Of a DNA stretch of 64,000 nt, positions 59,406 to 64,000 are shown piece by piece. This DNA is from Cyanobacteria bacterium P01_D01_bin.156 (GTDB lineage: Bacteria > Cyanobacteriota > Cyanobacteriia > Phormidesmidales > Phormidesmidaceae), in NCBI GenBank assembly GCA_039024555.1, contig JBCCQQ010000016.1, forward strand, positions 39,372-103,371, given 5' to 3'. Each line of letters starts with the position of its first letter. Within the stretch, counting starts at the first letter, position 1. The notes beneath the pieces were generated by a model. The model saw nothing but the letters and a program-made list of their open reading frames with translations. It made no database searches and was not told the DNA's origin. A program made the translations under genes and the position numbers.

Positions 59406-62400
59406 ATGAATCTTCGTTTTTTAGTCGGGTTCCTCGCTACATTTGGATTCTTTTCGCTCCCCAGTCTTGCACAAACAGATGCGGTACTTCTACAGGTAGA
59501 TGGCTCCCTAGAACCGGGAGATATGCAGCTAGAGAATGGCGAGTTCTATGATGAGTACCTAATCCAAACAGAGGCTGAGCAAGCAGTACTGATTACTTTA
59601 GATAGTGAGGCATTTGATACTTTCCTATGGCTGCTAAATTCTGATGGAGTCATTGCTACCAATGATGATTTCAAAGGTACAACCAACTCCCAGCTTGCGG
59701 TTGTTTTACCTGAACCAGGAAGCTACAGAGTTATAGCCACTAGCTTTAATTCTGCGCAACAGGGTTCCTACGGCCTGATGGTTAAAGCTGTTTCTGCAGA
59801 TGCTCCTGAAATATTGGCATCAGAAGCAGACCAACTCAACACTGCGGGAATGGGGCAGCTGAATCAGGCAAACTATCCGGCTGCATTAGATCTTTTTCAA
59901 CAATCTCTGGCTATACGACAAGACATTAAGGAGCGTTATGGTATTGCAGAATCGCTCAACAATATTGGCTTTGCCTATGACAGTCAAGGTAACTATGCCG
60001 AAGCCTTGGGATATTATCAGCAGGCCCTGGCAATTCGCCAAGAGCTGGGCGATCGCCAAGGTGAGAGTATCGTTCTTAGCAATATTGGCACTATTTACGG
60101 TAGTCGGAGTGATTATGGCCAAGCCCTAGATTATTTTGAGCAATCATTATCCATTCGCCGAGGGCTGGGCGATCGCCAAGGTGAAGGTTTAGTCCTCAAT
60201 AACATAGGCTTTGCCTATGAAAAACTGGCTAAATATTCACAAGCATTAGATTATTACCAGCAAGCGCTGGCTATTTATAAAGAGCTTGGAAACCGTCGTA
60301 ATACGGTCTCTACCTTAAATAATATTGGTGCAATCTACAGCAACCGAGGGGAACACTCACAAGCCCTGGGCTATTATCAAGAAGCCCTAGCAATATCGCA
60401 AGAGTTTGGAGACCGCAGTAGCGTAGGCTCGTTGCTTAACAACATTGGCTTTATTTACAACATTCAGAGTAATCATTCCCAGGCGTTAGAGTACTATCAG
60501 CGATCCTTAGCTATCCGACAAGACATTGGTGATCGTCGAGGCGAAGGGGAAGTGCTGAACAATATTGGTTTTGTATTTAGTAGTCAGGGAGATTATCCTC
60601 AAGCTCTAGATTATTACCTACAATCCTTGGCTATCCGACAAGGGATTGGCGACCGTCGGGGTACAGGAGAAGTGCTCAGTAATATCGGTGGCATTTACTT
60701 TAGTCAGGGAGACTATCCGCAGGCGCTAGACTACTATCAGCAGTCCTTGACTATCCGGCAAGACATTGGCGACATTCGAGGCACGGGTGAAGTATTTACT
60801 AACATCGGTACTGTTTATTACCAACAGGACAACTATGGCGAAGCGTTAGAGTATTATCAGCAGGCATTGACCATTGCTGAAGATATTGGCGATCGCAATA
60901 ATACGGGCTCAATTCTAAATAACATTGGCTTTATTTACGATAACCAAGCTAACTATTCACAAGCGCTAGACTACTATCAACGCTCTTTAGCTATCCAGCA
61001 GGCAATTAGCGATCGCGAAGGTGAAAGTATTTCACTCAATAATATTGCCAGCATCTACGAAAGTCAGAATGACTATCCGCAGGCGCTAGACTACTACCAG
61101 CGGGGGCTAAGTATTGCCCAAGAAATTGGTGTGCCTGAGCTAGAGGCACGCTTACTGGCCAATATTGGTCAATGGTTTCAGCGGCGGGAGCAGCCCACCC
61201 TAGCAATTGTTTTTCTAAAGCAGGCTATTAACAATTATGAACAGGTTCGAACCAATAATCGAGATTTTTCCCAAGAGTTACAGCAAAGCTATACGGAAAC
61301 GGTCTCTGGAAAATATCGTGCGCTGGCCGATCTGTTGCTTGAACAGGGTCGCATTCCTGAAGCGCAGCAGGTGCTGGATCTATTGCAGCTAGAGGAAGTT
61401 AGAGAATTTACGGATATTCGGGCCATATGGACTAGCGATGGTATCCGCTTAAGTAAACCAGAGCAGACGGTTGCCGACGCCCACGGTAGCCTGGTTGCTT
61501 TGGGAAGCAAGGTAGTCGCATGCGAGCGGGATAATTGTGCTGAGCTAGACAGTCTGTATCAGCAGCAAGAAAGCCTGCTGGAGCAATACGATAGCGAGGT
61601 AGCGCAGTTTGTTGACGCTATTAGCGCTAATCGTCGAGATGATGATGTCTTTCAAAATCCTGACAACGTTAGTGGCGATGCCCAAAAGCTTCTCGAAGCC
61701 TACGCTGCAGAAGAGCAAAACACGCTGCTGGTGTATCCCTTTGTGCTGGAAGATAAGCTGTGGCTGGTGTGGGTCACCGTAGGAGATGTGGTTGGCAGTA
61801 TTGAGGTGCCGGTTAGTCAGGGAGAACTGGCGACTACGGTGCAACAATTTGGAGCTTTACTAAAGTCTCGCTCCAGTGACCTCTCAGAGCTACAAAACAC
61901 TAGTCAAAAGCTCTACAGCTGGATTATTGAGCCCATTTCTGCCGAGCTAGAGAAAAACAACATTGACCATTTAGTCTTTGTCAATGACCGAGTCACTCGC
62001 TATATTCCCATGGGTGCTTTACACGATGGTGAAAACTATCTGCTAGAGAACTACACCATCTCTACGGTACTATCCCCAGCGGCGACGAATATGGGTGAGA
62101 GTCTCGACTCGGTTACCGATTCCAATGTGTTAGGTTTGGGGCTAACCGAAGCGGTGGGAAATTTTAACCCGTTACCCGCTGTCCGCGATGAGCTGGCTGG
62201 CATTATCAAAAGCCAGGATGGTAACGGCATTTATCCAGGGCAGGCATTTTTGAATCAGGACTTTACCCTTGATGTTTTTAAGAATAATGTGCAGGGTAAT
62301 AACATTCTCCATGTGGCTACCCATGCGGCTTTTGAACCCGGTCGCCCGGAGGAGTCGTTTATTGTTCTGGGCGATGGTAGTCGTATGAATATTCCTGATA

Positions 62401-62801
62401 TTGAAACGATGCAACGTCGTCTGCGTAGCCTGCAACTGGTGGTTCTGTCTGCCTGTCAGACGGCCTTGGGTGGTACCAATCAACAAGACGGTACGGAGAT
62501 TACGGGGCTTAGCTCTTACTTTTTAGAGGCGAATCGGGCAGAGGCGGTGATTGCGTCTTTGTGGTCTGTGAATGACCGAAGCACCAGCGTACTGATGCAG
62601 CGTTTTTACGAAAATCTAGCCGCTGGTGAGCCTAAGGCCGATGCCCTACGCAAAGCTCAGCTGTCGCTGTTGGGGAGTGATCAGCTGGGTGATGGTGGCA
62701 GTCGGATTATTGGGCAGCGGGTGACGGAGGGGCAGGGTAGTACTTTATTGTCGCATCCGTATTATTGGGCTCCGTTTATTTTGATTGGCAATGGATTGTA
62801 A
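59406..62801 (+). CDS. Exported PPC + TPR array + CHAT protease 2
   Basis: Same architecture with ~12 TPRs and intact LHVATHA / LVVLSACQT. Starts MNLRFL like its paralogue. Confidence 0.95.
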   Translation: MNLRFLVGFLATFGFFSLPSLAQTDAVLLQVDGSLEPGDMQLENGEFYDEYLIQTEAEQAVLITLDSEAFDTFLWLLNSDGVIATNDDFKGTTNSQLAVVLPEPGSYRVIATSFNSAQQGSYGLMVKAVSADAPEILASEADQLNTAGMGQLNQANYPAALDLFQQSLAIRQDIKERYGIAESLNNIGFAYDSQGNYAEALGYYQQALAIRQELGDRQGESIVLSNIGTIYGSRSDYGQALDYFEQSLSIRRGLGDRQGEGLVLNNIGFAYEKLAKYSQALDYYQQALAIYKELGNRRNTVSTLNNIGAIYSNRGEHSQALGYYQEALAISQEFGDRSSVGSLLNNIGFIYNIQSNHSQALEYYQRSLAIRQDIGDRRGEGEVLNNIGFVFSSQGDYPQALDYYLQSLAIRQGIGDRRGTGEVLSNIGGIYFSQGDYPQALDYYQQSLTIRQDIGDIRGTGEVFTNIGTVYYQQDNYGEALEYYQQALTIAEDIGDRNNTGSILNNIGFIYDNQANYSQALDYYQRSLAIQQAISDREGESISLNNIASIYESQNDYPQALDYYQRGLSIAQEIGVPELEARLLANIGQWFQRREQPTLAIVFLKQAINNYEQVRTNNRDFSQELQQSYTETVSGKYRALADLLLEQGRIPEAQQVLDLLQLEEVREFTDIRAIWTSDGIRLSKPEQTVADAHGSLVALGSKVVACERDNCAELDSLYQQQESLLEQYDSEVAQFVDAISANRRDDDVFQNPDNVSGDAQKLLEAYAAEEQNTLLVYPFVLEDKLWLVWVTVGDVVGSIEVPVSQGELATTVQQFGALLKSRSSDLSELQNTSQKLYSWIIEPISAELEKNNIDHLVFVNDRVTRYIPMGALHDGENYLLENYTISTVLSPAATNMGESLDSVTDSNVLGLGLTEAVGNFNPLPAVRDELAGIIKSQDGNGIYPGQAFLNQDFTLDVFKNNVQGNNILHVATHAAFEPGRPEESFIVLGDGSRMNIPDIETMQRRLRSLQLVVLSACQTALGGTNQQDGTEITGLSSYFLEANRAEAVIASLWSVNDRSTSVLMQRFYENLAAGEPKADALRKAQLSLLGSDQLGDGGSRIIGQRVTEGQGSTLLSHPYYWAPFILIGNGL

Positions 62802-62933
62802 ATAAAAGCTTAGGAATAGGGATGATGGTGCAATAGCAACCAAACAGATCCGAAATTTGAATTGTGATGTTGTAAAAAGGGTGTAAGCCCATGTGTAAAA
62901 ATACTTGGTAGGTCATTGCCTTCTAGCTTTTCC

Positions 62934-64000
62934 ATGCCCCAATCTCGTCAGCTTCTGAATACGTTTTTTATGATGACTGCTCTGGGGTTACTATTTCCCC
63001 AGGTTGCCCGATCAGCATTGGTAGAGCGAGCTAAACCAGCCTGGTCAGACTATCGTCTGGAGGGACTTCAGAGATTAGAGTTCCCACTGGCAAAGCAAAA
63101 GCAAATAGCCCAGACTGACCCAAGACAATCAGAAGCAGAGCGGCTAAATGCTGAAGGAATAGAGCAATATAATCAAGCAAACTATTCAGAAGCCTTAGAC
63201 CTTTTTCAGCAATCGTTGGCCATTCGTCAAGACATCGGTGACCGTCTGGGCGTCGGAGAGTCGCTCAACAATATTGGCTTTATCTACGATAGTCAGGGGG
63301 ATTATCCCCAAGCGTTGGACTACTACCAGCAATCGTTGGCCATTCGTCAAGACATCGGTGACCGTCTGGGCGTCGGAGAGTCGCTCAACAATATTGGCTT
63401 TATCTACGATAGTCAGGGGGATTATCCCCAAGCGCTGGACTACTACCAGCAATCCTTAGCCATTCTTCAAGACATCGGTGGTGACCGTCGGGGCGAAGGG
63501 ATAATGCTCAACAATATCGGCGGCATCTACGATAGTCAGGGGGATTATGCCCAGGCCCTAGACTACTACCAGCAATCGTTGGCCATTCGTCAAGACATCG
63601 GTGACCGTCGGGGCGAAGGGATAATGCTCAACAATATCGGCGGCATCTACAATAGTCAGGGAGATTATCCCCAAGCGCTGGACTACTACCAGCAATCGTT
63701 GGCCATTCGTCAAGACATCGGTGACCGTCGGGGCGTCGGAGAGTCGCTCAACAATATTGGCTTCATCTACGATAGTCAGGGAGATTATCCGCAAGCGCTG
63801 GACTACTACCAGCAATCGCTCGCCATTCTTCAAGATATCGGTGACCGTCGGGGCGTCGGAGGGTCGCTTAACAATATCGGCAGCATCTACAATAGTCAGG
63901 GAGATTATCCGCAAGCGCTGGACTACTACCAGCAATCGCTCGCCAATCGTCAATACAACGGTGACCGTCGGGGCGAAGGGATAATGCTCAACAATATCGG
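62934..64000 (+). CDS. Third exported TPR-array protein (truncated by window end; absent from the ORF track)
   Basis: ATG 62934 opens MPQSRQLLNTFFMMTALGLLFPQVARSA...EAERLNAEGIEQYNQANYSEALDLFQQSLAIRQDIGDR. The frame stays open to 64000. Confidence 0.9.
   Translation, partial: MPQSRQLLNTFFMMTALGLLFPQVARSALVERAKPAWSDYRLEGLQRLEFPLAKQKQIAQTDPRQSEAERLNAEGIEQYNQANYSEALDLFQQSLAIRQDIGDRLGVGESLNNIGFIYDSQGDYPQALDYYQQSLAIRQDIGDRLGVGESLNNIGFIYDSQGDYPQALDYYQQSLAILQDIGGDRRGEGIMLNNIGGIYDSQGDYAQALDYYQQSLAIRQDIGDRRGEGIMLNNIGGIYNSQGDYPQALDYYQQSLAIRQDIGDRRGVGESLNNIGFIYDSQGDYPQALDYYQQSLAILQDIGDRRGVGGSLNNIGSIYNSQGDYPQALDYYQQSLANRQYNGDRRGEGIMLNNI
63207..64000 (+). repeat. Near-identical 120-bp tandem repeats encoding TPR units (6.6 copies visible)
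   Basis: Units start at 63207, 63327, 63447 (123 bp, extra GGT), 63570, 63690, 63810 and 63930. Units 1 and 2 differ at a single base. Confidence 0.95.

Noticed and set aside
1071..63984. Many 60-160 aa ORFs nested in or antisense to long genes (for example 4205-4471, 20696-21076, 40921-41379, 43129-43611, 63195-63984)
   Set aside because: Shadow frames of well-supported genes. Those at 63.2-64 kb only mirror the TPR repeat.

Overview
Cyanobacterial chromosomal DNA: HIP1 GCGATCGC octamers are frequent, and PatA-type regulators and glgB are present. A filamentous Leptolyngbya-like organism is an inference. 0.7-16 kb is the tail module of an extracellular contractile injection system (eCIS): sheath, four gp19-like tube paralogues, a tail-assembly protein, a 2353-aa low-complexity protein with periodic [VIL]Q[RK] motifs, a tube initiator, VgrG and a DUF4280 PAAR-like tip. 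No baseplate wedge, cap or ATPase genes lie in the window. Next come a racemase/PG-anchored binding protein/DAACS transporter trio, small enzymes, a solute:sodium symporter pair, a CheB/CheR-containing chemosensory operon (minus strand), a PatA-CheY-CheW-MCP-CheA operon (plus strand), a GTPase, glgB, and tandem exported TPR-CHAT protease genes. The last gene carries near-identical 120-bp repeats and runs off the window. The most notable unexplained signals are (1) a ~630-nt ORF-free, densely base-paired region at 47.56-48.19 kb with a tandemly duplicated multi-way-junction module, a candidate large ncRNA, and (2) six 49-91 bp inverted-repeat elements, most with apparent 8-bp target-site duplications and with unrelated interiors, lying upstream of eCIS and PatA genes. 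Two genes (a GGDEF protein and a sulfotransferase) are broken by single in-frame stops. No rRNA, tRNA or CRISPR array was recognised.
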